From: Hydrogenophaga sp.
GTDB lineage: Bacteria > Pseudomonadota > Gammaproteobacteria > Burkholderiales > Burkholderiaceae_C
Reading direction: 5' to 3'
Assembly (NCBI RefSeq): GCF_025699295.1
Contig: NZ_JAILWB010000018.1
Span: 1,309 to 65,308, forward strand
DNA length: 64,000 bases
The position numbers and the translations under genes were made by a program. Within the stretch, counting starts at the first letter, position 1; every line of letters begins with the position of its first letter. This document shows, piece after piece, positions 47,202-56,614 of the stretch. The notes beneath the pieces are model-generated. The model saw only the letters and a list, made by a program, of their open reading frames with translations, was not told the DNA's origin and did not search any database.

Positions 47202-48421
47202 ATGTGCTGACCCTGTCCTGGCGCTACCTGTGGTCGCGGCCACTGTCCACGGTGCTCAACCTGTTGCTGCTCGCGCTGGGCCTGGCTTCCATGGCCTTCG
47301 TGCTGATCGCGCGCGACCAGGTCGACCGCGCCTTCGAGCGCGACCTGGCCGGCATCGACCTCGTGGTGGGCGCCAAGGGCAGCCCGATGCAGCTCATCCT
47401 CGCGGGCGTGTTCCACCTCGACGTGCCACCGGGCAACATCCCGCTGGCCGAAGCCAACCAGCTGGCGCGGCACCCGCAGGTGGCGCAGCTGATCCCGCTG
47501 AGCCTGGGCGACAACCTCGGGGGCTTTCGCATCGTCGGCACCACACGCGATTACCCGGCCCACTACGGCGCGCAGCTGGCCCGCGGCGCGTTCTGGCAGG
47601 CGCCGCTGGAAGCGGTGCTGGGCGCCCAGGTCGCGCAGCGCACCGGGCTGCAGCCCGGGCAGGCCTTCGAGGGCGCGCACGGGCTGGGAACGGGTGGCGC
47701 CGTGCACGGCGCCACGCCCTACACCGTGACCGGTGTGCTCGCGCCTTGCGGCTGCGTGCTCGACCGGCTGGTGCTCACCGCCACCGAATCCGTCTGGCGC
47801 GTGCACGACGACATGCACGCCGGCGCGAACATGAGCGAGGCCGAACGCGCCGAGCTGGCCGAGGCGCTGGCGGCCGAACGCGAGATCACGCTGGCCCTGA
47901 TCCGCTACCGCACGCCACTGGCGGCGGTGAGCCTGCCGCGTTTCATCAACCAGAGCACGTCCATGCAGGCGGCGGCGCCGGCGGTGGAGATCACGCGCCT
48001 GCTGAGCATGGTGGGCGTGGGCACGCAGGTGCTGCGCGTGCTCGCGGCCGTGCTGCTGGTGATGGCGGGGCTTTCCGTGTTCATCGCGCTGTGGAGTGCG
48101 GTGCGCGAGCGCCGCGCGGACCTGGCCATGCTGCGCATGCTGGGCGCACCGCCCGCGCGCGTGGCCGCGCTGCTGCTGTGCGAGGCGCTCTGGCTCGCGC
48201 TGCTGGCCTGCGTGCTGGGCCTGCTGGCCGCGCACGCGCTCACCGCCCTGATGGGCGAAATGTTGATGGCCCGCCATTCGCTGGCCATCACCGGTTGGCA
48301 ATGGGTGCCCGGGGAAGCCTGGGTGCCTGTGCTGGCCTTCGGGGTGGCGGTGGTGGCGGCCTTCGTGCCGGCGGCCAGCGCCTACCGTGTCGATGTCACT
48401 CAACTCCTGAATTCAAGGTGA
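47198..48421 (+). CDS. FtsX-like (MacB-type) ABC permease
   Basis: N-terminal TM helix, a large periplasmic domain, then three C-terminal TM helices (FtsX fold: LRMLGA....V..LLL.EAL). The ATG overlaps the upstream stop (ATGA). Confidence 0.85.
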   Translation: MNVLTLSWRYLWSRPLSTVLNLLLLALGLASMAFVLIARDQVDRAFERDLAGIDLVVGAKGSPMQLILAGVFHLDVPPGNIPLAEANQLARHPQVAQLIPLSLGDNLGGFRIVGTTRDYPAHYGAQLARGAFWQAPLEAVLGAQVAQRTGLQPGQAFEGAHGLGTGGAVHGATPYTVTGVLAPCGCVLDRLVLTATESVWRVHDDMHAGANMSEAERAELAEALAAEREITLALIRYRTPLAAVSLPRFINQSTSMQAAAPAVEITRLLSMVGVGTQVLRVLAAVLLVMAGLSVFIALWSAVRERRADLAMLRMLGAPPARVAALLLCEALWLALLACVLGLLAAHALTALMGEMLMARHSLAITGWQWVPGEAWVPVLAFGVAVVAAFVPAASAYRVDVTQLLNSR

Positions 48422-48426
48422 ATCCG

Positions 48427-48675
48427 ATGAAGAAATCGTTCCTGTTCCTGTTCCTGTTCGCGGCCGCTGCGCTGTCCTCCGCCGCGCTCGCCCAGCACTC
48501 CGACAAGGAGGTCAAGGAAGACATTGCGCGCCACCGTGCCATGGCCGCCGCGCACGAAGGCGCGGCCAGGTGCCTGGAGGCCGGCAAGGGCGAAAAGGTC
48601 TGCATGCAGGAACTGTCGGTGGCCTGCAAGGGTCTGGCACTGGGAAAATACTGCGGCATGCGCCACGCGCATTGA
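48427..48675 (+). CDS. small secreted Cys/His-rich protein (82 aa), function unknown
   Basis: In-frame ATG 48427 lies inside a long spurious ORF. Signal peptide is MKKSFLFLFLFAAAALSSAALA|QH. The predicted mature 60 aa contain 4 Cys and 5 His, including the C-terminal CGMRHAH. The gene starts 5 nt after the permease stop. Confidence 0.6.
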   Translation: MKKSFLFLFLFAAAALSSAALAQHSDKEVKEDIARHRAMAAAHEGAARCLEAGKGEKVCMQELSVACKGLALGKYCGMRHAH

Positions 48676-48702
48676 CGAACCGAAACCCGAGCGAGAGCAC
48701 CG

Positions 48703-49263
48703 ATGCCTGACCTGTTCCCAGTTCCCCGCTTCCTCGCCGCACTGCTTGTGGCGGGCGTGGCGTTGCACGGCGGCGTCCAGGCCCAGACCCTGAGTTCACC
48801 CGTGCCCTCGGGCAACAGCCCGGCGGCTGCGCCTTCGGGCCTGCCCGGCGGCCAGGGCGCTGGCGTGCACAGCCCGCTGAGCCCGTTTCCCCCGCTGCCC
48901 AGGCGCGACGACGTGGTGGCATGGTCGCTGCTCACCGACGTCACGACCAAGGTCGAGAAGAAGCGCATCGTGCCGGTCTACCCCGCGCCGGTGGCCGCAC
49001 TGAACCAGAAGACGCTTCGCCTGCAGGGCTACATGATGCCGCTGGAGCCGGGCGAGAACCAGCGCCACTTCCTGCTGGCATCCGTGCCGCTGACCTGCAG
49101 CTTCTGCACGCCCGGCGGCCCCGAGAGCATGGTCGAGGTGCGCACGCGCAAGCCGGTGAAGTACGTGCTGGAAGCCGTGGTGGTCGAGGGCACCTTCCAC
49201 GTGCTCAAGGACGACCCGTACGGTCTGTACTACCGCATCACCGGGGCGGTCGGCGTCGAGTAG
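48703..49263 (+). CDS. DUF3299 domain-containing secreted protein
   Basis: Signal peptide, a Pro-rich linker, then LRLQGYMMPLEPGENQRHFLLASVPLTCSFCTPGGPESMVEV, the pattern I associate with DUF3299 proteins that accompany FtsX-type ABC systems. Confidence 0.65.
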   Translation: MPDLFPVPRFLAALLVAGVALHGGVQAQTLSSPVPSGNSPAAAPSGLPGGQGAGVHSPLSPFPPLPRRDDVVAWSLLTDVTTKVEKKRIVPVYPAPVAALNQKTLRLQGYMMPLEPGENQRHFLLASVPLTCSFCTPGGPESMVEVRTRKPVKYVLEAVVVEGTFHVLKDDPYGLYYRITGAVGVE

Positions 49264-49279
49264 TCGGTACCATCGCCGG

Positions 49280-50236
49280 GTGAACCTCGCCACCCACCCC
49301 GTCGTTGCCTCCCTGACCCCGGTTTTCATCCTGATCGGCTTCGGCTACCTGGCGGGGCGCTGGCAGTGGATCCGCGACGCGGCGGTGAAGGACCTCTCCA
49401 ACCTGGTGTTCCTGCTGCTGATCCCGGCGCTGCTGTTCCGCACCATGAGTACGGTGCATGTCGAGGCGCTGGACCTGCGGCCGGTGCTGGCCTACTTTCC
49501 GGCGGCGCTGGTGCTGCTGGGCGTCTCGATCGCCTGGCGGGGCTTCAACCGCAGCAGTGTGGTGCTGGGGCTGGCGGGGGTGTTCTCCAACATGGTGATG
49601 ATCGGTATCACCCTGGTCGAACTGGCCTACGGCAAGGCAGCCCTGGTGACGCTGCTCACGCTGGTCTCGGTGCATGCGCTCATCCTGCTGACCTTCGGCT
49701 CCATCGTGATCGAGCTGGCCGTTGCGCGTGAAGCCCGCGCCGGCGGCGAGCGCGCGCCGCACGTGCTGGCCACCGCGTGGTCGGCGTTCAAGGCCTCGCT
49801 GATCCATCCGATTCCCCTGCCCATCCTCAGCGGCCTGCTGTTCGCGCAGACCGGGCTCGTGCTGCCCACGGTGGTGGACAGGCCGCTGCAGTTGCTCGGT
49901 GCCGCCTTCGGGCCGATCGCGCTCGTGCTGCTGGGTGTGACGCTGGCGCGCACGCCGCTGCGCGGGCATGTGCGGCAGGCACTGTGGGTCACGGTGTCCA
50001 AGAACCTGATCATGCCGGTGCTGGTGGGACTGAGCGCCTGGGCACTGGGCATCACCGGCCTGCCGCTGACGGTGATGGTCGTGGCCGCCGCGCTGCCCAT
50101 CGGCGCCAACGTGTTCCTGTTTGCCCAGCGCTACGACGTGGTGCAGGAAACGACAACCGCCAGCATGGGCCTGTCCACGCTGCTGGCGCTGTTCACGCTG
50201 TCCCTGGTCATGCTGATCATGTCCTGGATCAACTGA
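49280..50236 (+). CDS. AEC-family (auxin efflux carrier-like) transporter
   Basis: 318 aa and 10-TM, with N-terminus PVFILIGFGYL and C-terminal half LP.A.P.GANVFLFAQRY. GTG start. Confidence 0.8.
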   Translation: MNLATHPVVASLTPVFILIGFGYLAGRWQWIRDAAVKDLSNLVFLLLIPALLFRTMSTVHVEALDLRPVLAYFPAALVLLGVSIAWRGFNRSSVVLGLAGVFSNMVMIGITLVELAYGKAALVTLLTLVSVHALILLTFGSIVIELAVAREARAGGERAPHVLATAWSAFKASLIHPIPLPILSGLLFAQTGLVLPTVVDRPLQLLGAAFGPIALVLLGVTLARTPLRGHVRQALWVTVSKNLIMPVLVGLSAWALGITGLPLTVMVVAAALPIGANVFLFAQRYDVVQETTTASMGLSTLLALFTLSLVMLIMSWIN

Positions 50237-50258
50237 GCGCCTGCTGGCGCGATCCGCC

Positions 50259-50711
50259 TCACTGGCTGATCTTGCGCGCCTCTTCCACCTGGTACTCGAA
50301 GTAGCGCTGGAAGCCGAAGGCCAGGCTGCCCATGAAGGCGACCGTGCCCAGCAAGAGGGCGGCCACCACGGCGCCGATGGTGAGCCAGTGCGTGGCGCCC
50401 GCCACCGCGTCTGCTGGCAATCCGGGGTTGAACCAGCGGTTCCACTTCTCGCGGTCGGTGAGTGCAAAAACGATGGCCGTGAGGCAACTGGCGGCCACTG
50501 TCATTCCCAGCAGCGGGATCAGCAACCAAGAGAGCTTGTCGTCCTGCCCGTAGGTGAGCACGCGCTCCACGCCCCACCAGCCCAGCGCGGCGGGCACCGG
50601 GTGCAGCCAGCCGATCCAGTCGCCCGGGCCGCGCAGGTAGAAACGGTGCAGGCCGAGCGTGCCGCCCAGCAGCGCGAGCCAGACGGCGACGGTCTTGTTC
50701 TTGCCGGCCAT
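50259..50711 (-). CDS. TM2 domain-containing membrane protein
   Basis: LALLGGTLGLHRFYLRG is the TM2 signature. Confidence 0.75.
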   Translation of the reverse strand: MAGKNKTVAVWLALLGGTLGLHRFYLRGPGDWIGWLHPVPAALGWWGVERVLTYGQDDKLSWLLIPLLGMTVAASCLTAIVFALTDREKWNRWFNPGLPADAVAGATHWLTIGAVVAALLLGTVAFMGSLAFGFQRYFEYQVEEARKISQ

Positions 50712-50713
50712 GC

Positions 50714-51253
50714 TCAGGCGCCCTCGACCGGCGGGGCGCTGTCGCCCGCGCCCAGGGTCTTCTGCATGAGCACGATGTCGAGCCAGCGGTCGAATTTCCA
50801 GCCGCAGGACTGCACCACGCCCACCATCTCGAAGCCCAGCGCCTTGTGCACGCCGATCGAACCGGCGTTGGCCGAATCGCCGATGACGGCCATGACCTTG
50901 CGCGTGCCGGTGCGCTCGAGCACCGCCAGCAGTTCGGCCAGCAGGGCGCGGCCCAGGCCCTTGCGGTGCGCGGCCGGGTCCATGTAGATCGAGTCCTCGA
51001 CCGAGAAGCGGTAGGCCGGGCGCGGCTTGAACCAGTTGCCATACGCGAAGCCCAGCACCTGGCCGCTTTCCTCGGCCACCAGCCAGGGCAGGCCCTTGGC
51101 CAGCACGTCGGCGCGGCGCGCCGTCATGTCGGCCAGGCCGGGCGGGGTGGTCTCGAAGGTGCCCGTGCCGTGCAGCACGTGGTGGCCATAGATGCGGGTG
51201 ATGGCGTCGAGGTCTTCGTCGCGGCTGGGGCGGATCAGGGGCATGGGAGGCAA
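50714..51253 (-). CDS. GNAT-family N-acetyltransferase (phosphinothricin acetyltransferase-like)
   Basis: IRPSRDEDLDAITRIYGHHV..GTGTFE...P and the RKGLGRALL acetyl-CoA motif. Confidence 0.85.
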   Translation of the reverse strand: MPPMPLIRPSRDEDLDAITRIYGHHVLHGTGTFETTPPGLADMTARRADVLAKGLPWLVAEESGQVLGFAYGNWFKPRPAYRFSVEDSIYMDPAAHRKGLGRALLAELLAVLERTGTRKVMAVIGDSANAGSIGVHKALGFEMVGVVQSCGWKFDRWLDIVLMQKTLGAGDSAPPVEGA

Positions 51254-51299
51254 AGGAAGAGAGTGAAAAAGGGGGCGCGGGCGGAACCTGCGAACGGGC

Positions 51300-51314
51300 T
51301 ATAATCGCGGGTTT
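51300..51314 (+). promoter_or_regulatory. putative -10 element and conserved downstream block for the rpsP operon
   Basis: TATAAT cgcg GGTTT, 115 nt upstream of rpsP. No good -35 is visible. The call is supported mainly by recurrence of the same block upstream of other highly expressed genes. Confidence 0.4.
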
Positions 51315-51428
51315 CGTGGCGTTTCGCTGGCCGGGTGGTCAGTCGTGTGTCTCAGGCGCTGCAGATAAGCGGATCGCAAGATCCGGTGAAGTACCGATCC
51401 TGGTACCTCTCCACCCGAAGGATAAATC

Positions 51429-51686
51429 ATGGTCGTCATCCGACTCTCCCGCGGCGGCGCTAAAGCCCGTCCGTTCTACAACATCGTGGTTGCGGACAAG
51501 CGCAACCGCCGCGATGGCCGCTTCATCGAGCGCATCGGCTTCTACAACCCCCTGGCCCGCGGCGGTGAAGAGCCCCTGCGCATCGCCATGGACCGCCTGA
51601 CCTACTGGACCGGCGTGGGCGCCACGCCCTCAGACACCGTCCAGCGCCTGGTCAAGCAGAACGCCGCCAAGGCCGCCGCGGCCTGA
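51429..51686 (+). CDS. rpsP: 30S ribosomal protein S16
   Basis: [41 protein letters not shown]. Confidence 0.97.
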   Translation: MVVIRLSRGGAKARPFYNIVVADKRNRRDGRFIERIGFYNPLARGGEEPLRIAMDRLTYWTGVGATPSDTVQRLVKQNAAKAAAA

Positions 51687-51702
51687 TCTCACCGCTTCGC
51701 TG

Positions 51703-52302
51703 GTGAACAGCCCCGCGTCCGGCGCCTTCAAGGCGTCGCCCCTGCCCGACGATGCCGTCGAGCTGGGGCGCATTCAGGACGCGTGGGGCATCAAGGGGTG
51801 GGTCCGCATCCTGCCCCACAGCGCCGACACCTCGGCGCTGCTCGCTTCCTCCGAATGGTTCCTGCAGCCACCCGAAGCCCGCTTCGCGCGTGGCTTTTCG
51901 GCGTTCACGGGCTGCGTGTCGGTGGCGCTCTCCGAGGTCAAGCCACACACCGACGGCCTGGTCGCTCAGCTGCAGGGCGTGGACGACCGCAATGCGGCCG
52001 AAGCTCTCAAGGGCGTGCGCATCTACCTGCCGCGCAGCGCCTTTCCCGCCACGCCCGAGGGTGAGTACTACTGGGTCGACCTGATCGGCCTGGACGTGAT
52101 CAACCGCGAAGGCGTGCACCTGGGCGTGGTGCGCGACCTCATGCCCACCGGGCCGACCTCGGTGCTCGTGCTCGAATACACCGAAACCGTCGACGGCGCC
52201 GAGCAGATCGCCGAACGCATGATCCCGTTCGTCGCGGCCTATGTCGACGATGTGGACAAGGTCGCACGCCGGATCACGGTCGACTGGCAACCGGACTATT
52301 AG
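51703..52302 (+). CDS. rimM: ribosome maturation factor RimM
   Basis: ELGRIQDAWGIKGWVRI and a PRC-barrel C-terminus. Canonical rpsP-rimM-trmD-rplS order. GTG start. Confidence 0.9.
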   Translation: MNSPASGAFKASPLPDDAVELGRIQDAWGIKGWVRILPHSADTSALLASSEWFLQPPEARFARGFSAFTGCVSVALSEVKPHTDGLVAQLQGVDDRNAAEALKGVRIYLPRSAFPATPEGEYYWVDLIGLDVINREGVHLGVVRDLMPTGPTSVLVLEYTETVDGAEQIAERMIPFVAAYVDDVDKVARRITVDWQPDY

Positions 52303-52310
52303 TCCTCCCG

Positions 52311-53087
52311 ATGCGCTTCGACGTCATCACCCTGTTTCCCGAGCTCTTCGCGCCGTTCCTGCAGCACGGCATCAACCGCCGCGCCTTCGAGTCCGGCCAG
52401 GTGGCCGTGCATCTGTGGAACCCGCGCGACTTCGCCGAGGGCAACTACCGGCGGGTGGACGATCGCCCGTTCGGCGGTGGCCCGGGCATGGTGATGATGG
52501 CCGAGCCGCTGTGGCAGTGCCTGCAGGCGGTTCGCGCCGCCCGCGCCGAACCCGACGGCGCGCGCGCGCCGGTGGTGCTGTTCTCGCCCATCGGCCAGCC
52601 GCTGGATCACACCGGTGTCGAGCGGTGGTCGCACGGCGACGGTGCCGTGCTCATCTGCGGCCGCTACGAGGGCATCGACCAGCGCTTCATCGACAGCTGT
52701 GTCGACCAGCAGATCAGCCTGGGTGACTTCGTGCTCTCGGGTGGCGAGATCGCCGCCATGGCGCTGCTCGATGCGGTGGCACGCCTGCAGCCCGGCGTGC
52801 TGGGCGACGAGGGCAGTCACCAGCAGGACAGCTTCAACCCCACGCTCGATGGCCTTCTCGACAGCCCGCACTTCACCCGACCCGAACAATGGCAGGGCCC
52901 CGAAGGCCCGATGCCGGTGCCCGAGGTGCTGCTGGGCGGGCACCACGAGCGCATCGCCCGCCACCGGCGCGAACAAAGCCTGCTGCTCACGGCACAGCGC
53001 CGGCCCGATCTGCTGGCCCGGGCGCGGGCCCGGGGTTTGCTGGACGCGGCGGACCAGGCTTTCCTGCGTTCGCAGGGATTGCTATAA
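52311..53087 (+). CDS. trmD: tRNA (guanine37-N1)-methyltransferase
   Basis: MRFDVITLFPELF...VDDRPFGGGPGMVM...CGRYEGIDQR...SLGDFVLSGGE. Confidence 0.95.
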   Translation: MRFDVITLFPELFAPFLQHGINRRAFESGQVAVHLWNPRDFAEGNYRRVDDRPFGGGPGMVMMAEPLWQCLQAVRAARAEPDGARAPVVLFSPIGQPLDHTGVERWSHGDGAVLICGRYEGIDQRFIDSCVDQQISLGDFVLSGGEIAAMALLDAVARLQPGVLGDEGSHQQDSFNPTLDGLLDSPHFTRPEQWQGPEGPMPVPEVLLGGHHERIARHRREQSLLLTAQRRPDLLARARARGLLDAADQAFLRSQGLL

Positions 53088-53097
53088 TCCAAGGCTT
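53083..53097 (+). promoter_or_regulatory. putative -10 element and conserved downstream block for rplS
   Basis: TATAAT ccaa GGCTT overlapping the trmD stop codon, 133 nt upstream of rplS. Confidence 0.4.
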
Positions 53098-53220
53098 TTC
53101 GATCCTCTGACCGGCCGCCGCGACCGGGCCAGCCCGCAGACCCTCAGAGGTCTGGACAGGGCCCCTGCCGGATTCGCGGCCTTTAGTGCAGCGCGGGCAT
53201 GATCGACAAAACAGGAAATC

Positions 53221-53586
<366 letters not shown>

Positions 53587-53612
53587 GGCCTCGCCTCACG
53601 GCTCCCTTGAAG

Positions 53613-53639
53613 AAAGCCGCTCCCCGGAGCGGCTTTTTT
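53613..53639 (+). terminator. rho-independent terminator after rplS
   Basis: AAGCCGCTC cccg GAGCGGCTT followed by TTTT. Confidence 0.8.
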
Positions 53640-53693
53640 GCGTCTGGCCCTGCCACAGCGCGGGGCACGGCCTGTCGCTATGCTCCAGCCCAC

Positions 53694-54377
53694 ATGACCC
53701 AGCTCCTGCCCGCCTTTGACCCCCGCCTTGTGCCCATCGTGGCCGACGAGGACGACGAGATGCTGCAACCCGCGCAGGCGCAGCGCCTCACGCCCGCGGG
53801 CCTGCGCGAGCTCTTCGCCCGCCCGCCGGTCTGGACGCCCGAACTGCGCCGTGAGCCGAAATTTGCCGATCGCCCGCCCGCCGAAGCCGCCGTGCTGCTG
53901 CCGCTGGTGATGCGCAAGGAACTCACACTGATCCTGACGCAGCGCACCACACACATGTCCACTCACTCGGGGCAGATTGCCCTGCCGGGCGGCAAGCTCG
54001 ACCCGGAAGACGCCGACGCCACGGCCGCGGCGCTGCGCGAGGCACACGAGGAAATCGGCCTGGCGCCCGAGCGGGTGGAGGTGCTGGGCACGCTGCCGGT
54101 GTACGTCACCGGCACCTCGTTCAGCGTCACGCCGGTGGTGGGGCTGGTGCAGCCCGGTTTCGAACTGGTGCCCAACCCGTACGAGGTGGACGATGTGTTC
54201 GAGGTGCCACTGGCCTACCTGATGAACCCGCTGCACCACCGCCGCCACGCGCTGGCGTTCGAGGGCGTGGTGCGGCAGTGGTACTCGATGCCCTACCAGG
54301 ACGGCGATCGCGAGCGCTTCATCTGGGGCGCAACGGCCGGCATGCTGCGCAACTTCTACCGCCTGCTCAGCGCCTGA
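53694..54377 (+). CDS. NUDIX CoA pyrophosphatase (NudL-like)
   Basis: AAVLLPLV and the Nudix box G.IALPGGKLDPEDADATAAALREAHEEIGL. Start moved to ATG 53694. Confidence 0.85.
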   Translation: MTQLLPAFDPRLVPIVADEDDEMLQPAQAQRLTPAGLRELFARPPVWTPELRREPKFADRPPAEAAVLLPLVMRKELTLILTQRTTHMSTHSGQIALPGGKLDPEDADATAAALREAHEEIGLAPERVEVLGTLPVYVTGTSFSVTPVVGLVQPGFELVPNPYEVDDVFEVPLAYLMNPLHHRRHALAFEGVVRQWYSMPYQDGDRERFIWGATAGMLRNFYRLLSA

Positions 54378-54407
54378 CACCGGCGAGCTCGCCACTATGA
54401 TGGCGCC

Positions 54408-55337
54408 ATGAGTTTTTTCGCCATCCTCGTTGCCCTGCTGCTGGAGCAGGCGCGCCCACTGGCTTTCGACAACCCGGTGCATGCCGGGCTGCGCGGCTGG
54501 GCGCGCACCGTGCGGCGCAACCTGGATGCCGGCCAGTCCTCGCACGGCTGGGTCGCGTGGTCGCTCGCTGTGGGTGTGCCGGCCGCCATTGCGGGCCTGG
54601 TGTACGGGGGCCTGTGGCAGTTCAGCTCGGTGCTCGCGTTTGCCTGGGCCGTGGCCATCCTGTACGTCACGCTCGGGTTCCGCCAGTTCAGTCACCACTT
54701 CAGCGAGATCCGCCAGGCGCTGGACGAGGGCAACGAATTGCTGGCGCGCGAGAAGCTCGCGCGCTGGCTGCGGGTCGATGCGTCCAGCCTGCCGCGCGCG
54801 GAGCTGCTGCGCCAGGTGATCGAGCAGTCGGTGCTGGCCGCGCACCGACATGTGTTCGGCGTGCTGGTGTGTTTCGTGGTGTTCTGGGCACTGGGCATGG
54901 GGCCGGCGGGCGCCGTCTTCTACCGCCTGGCCGAATACCTCTCGCGCAACTGGCGCGCGCGGCCCGACGGCACGCCTAGCCTGGGTTTGCAGCACGCCGC
55001 CGCACGGGCCTGGGCCTGGGTCGACTACGTGCCGGCGCGTGCCACGGCCCTCGGCTTTGCCGTGGTCGGCAATTTCGAAGAGGCGCTGGCGAGCTGGCGC
55101 GGCGATGCCGAACGTTTCGCGCCCGGCAGCGACGGTGTGGTGCTGGCCGCCACCTCGGGTGCGCTCAACGTGCGACTGGCACCGCAGCCCGACGCATTCG
55201 CCTTGCCGGAAGAAGGCGACCCGGGCCACCGGCCCGAACCCCAGCTGGCCCACCTGGGCAGTGTCGTGGGTCTGGTGTGGCGCTCGGTGGTCTTGTGGAT
55301 GCTGCTGCTCGCACTGCTGACCCTGGCCGGGCTCTAG
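54408..55337 (+). CDS. CobD/CbiB-family (AmpE-like) membrane protein
   Basis: 309 aa. FAILVALLLEQ N-terminus, internal A.HRHVFGVL and a C-terminal TM helix match the CobD/AmpE-like architecture. Confidence 0.6.
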   Translation: MSFFAILVALLLEQARPLAFDNPVHAGLRGWARTVRRNLDAGQSSHGWVAWSLAVGVPAAIAGLVYGGLWQFSSVLAFAWAVAILYVTLGFRQFSHHFSEIRQALDEGNELLAREKLARWLRVDASSLPRAELLRQVIEQSVLAAHRHVFGVLVCFVVFWALGMGPAGAVFYRLAEYLSRNWRARPDGTPSLGLQHAAARAWAWVDYVPARATALGFAVVGNFEEALASWRGDAERFAPGSDGVVLAATSGALNVRLAPQPDAFALPEEGDPGHRPEPQLAHLGSVVGLVWRSVVLWMLLLALLTLAGL

Positions 55338-56278
55338 TACCGGCGCTTGTCCGAGAGCTCTGCGAACAGTTCGCGATAGAGGCGGTAGCGGTTCTCGCTG
55401 ATCGCCAGTGCGTCGGCGCCAGGCTGATCCGCGTCGCCCGTCTGCACATGCGCCACCACGGCGCAGCCCGGTTCGTGCAGGTGGGTGCAGTTGTAGAACC
55501 GGCAGTCCCCCAGCGTGGCGTTCAGGTCGGGCATGAGCTGGGCGAGCTGCATGGGCTCGATGTGGTTCAGGCCGAATTCCTGGAAACCCGGCGAATCGAT
55601 CAGGGCGGTCTGGCGCGCCGCGTCCACCCAGTACCAGGTCGTGCTGGTGGTCGTGTGCTTGCCCGAGTTGAGCGCGCGAGAGATCTCGCCTGTTTGCGCA
55701 CGCGCTTCGGGCACCAGCCGGTTCACCAGCGTGCTCTTGCCCACGCCCGACGGGCCCAGCACCAGTGTGCGTTTGCCCTCCAGACGCTCCTGCAGTGCGG
55801 CCAGGCCGTCATCCGGTCCTTCGCCGGCCTTCAGGCGCAGGGGCAGCACCGCGCAGCCCATGCGCCGGTAGGGCGCCAGCCGTGCCCAGGCGCGGTCGAA
55901 TGCGGGTTGCAGGTCGCTCTTGTTGAGCACGATCAGCACGTCGATGCGCTCGGCCTGCGCCGCGATCAGCGCGCGTGTGAGCTGGCTCTCGGAGAACTCC
56001 GGGTCGGCCGCGACCAGCACCAGCACCTGGTCCAGGTTGGCGGCGAACGACTTGGTGCGCATCTCGTCCTGCCGGTAGAACAGGTTGCGCCGCTCGTCCA
56101 CGCGTTCGATGCTGCCCTCGTCGCCCGTGACCTGCCATTGCACGCTGTCACCGACCACCACCGCGTTCTTCTTGCCGCGCGGGTGGCAGATGCGGCGTGT
56201 GCCGTCGGGGCTTTCCACGAGGCAGTGGCGCCCGTGGGCGGCCACCACCAGTCCGGGTTGCAGGCCGGCGGCCATCAA
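55334..56278 (-). CDS. rsgA: ribosome small-subunit-dependent GTPase A
   Basis: Circularly permuted GTPase (LNKSDL before GPSGVGKSTL) and a C-terminal Zn knuckle CRFYNCTHLHEPGC. Confidence 0.9.
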   Translation of the reverse strand: MMAAGLQPGLVVAAHGRHCLVESPDGTRRICHPRGKKNAVVVGDSVQWQVTGDEGSIERVDERRNLFYRQDEMRTKSFAANLDQVLVLVAADPEFSESQLTRALIAAQAERIDVLIVLNKSDLQPAFDRAWARLAPYRRMGCAVLPLRLKAGEGPDDGLAALQERLEGKRTLVLGPSGVGKSTLVNRLVPEARAQTGEISRALNSGKHTTTSTTWYWVDAARQTALIDSPGFQEFGLNHIEPMQLAQLMPDLNATLGDCRFYNCTHLHEPGCAVVAHVQTGDADQPGADALAISENRYRLYRELFAELSDKRRY

Positions 56279-56595
56279 TCCTTCTGCAGTGCGTCCACCG
56301 CGGCGGCGCAGTGGAAATCGCTGACCGAGATGCCACCCACGTCGTGCGTGTTGAAACGCACCGTGCAGCGGCTGTAGCTCACCGCCAGATCGGGGTGGTG
56401 GTCTTCGCGGTGCGCGATCCAGGCCAGCGCGTTCACGAAGGCCATGGTGGCGTGGTAGTTGGCGAAGGTGTAGGTCTTCTCCAGGGCGCCGTCGATCAGC
56501 TTCCAGCCCTGGGCGTCGTCGCCGTTGAGCTGGGTGAGACGGGTGACGATTTCGGTGGCGGAGAGGGCGCGGCGGTTCTGGTGGATCGGGTTCAT
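56275..56595 (-). CDS. phhB: 4a-hydroxytetrahydrobiopterin dehydratase
   Basis: 106 aa with W.L......L.K.Y.F.....A..F.N......A....HHPD......V.....TH. Start moved to ATG 56595. Confidence 0.85.
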   Translation of the reverse strand: MNPIHQNRRALSATEIVTRLTQLNGDDAQGWKLIDGALEKTYTFANYHATMAFVNALAWIAHREDHHPDLAVSYSRCTVRFNTHDVGGISVSDFHCAAAVDALQKD

Positions 56596-56614
56596 GGCAG
56601 GGGTGGTCGTGCGG

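Noticed and set aside
48439-48456. (TTCCTG)x3 repeat as a phase-variation switch
   Set aside because: The unit length is a multiple of three, so slippage would only lengthen or shorten the signal-peptide hydrophobic core and would not switch the frame. Three copies are also too few for frequent slippage.
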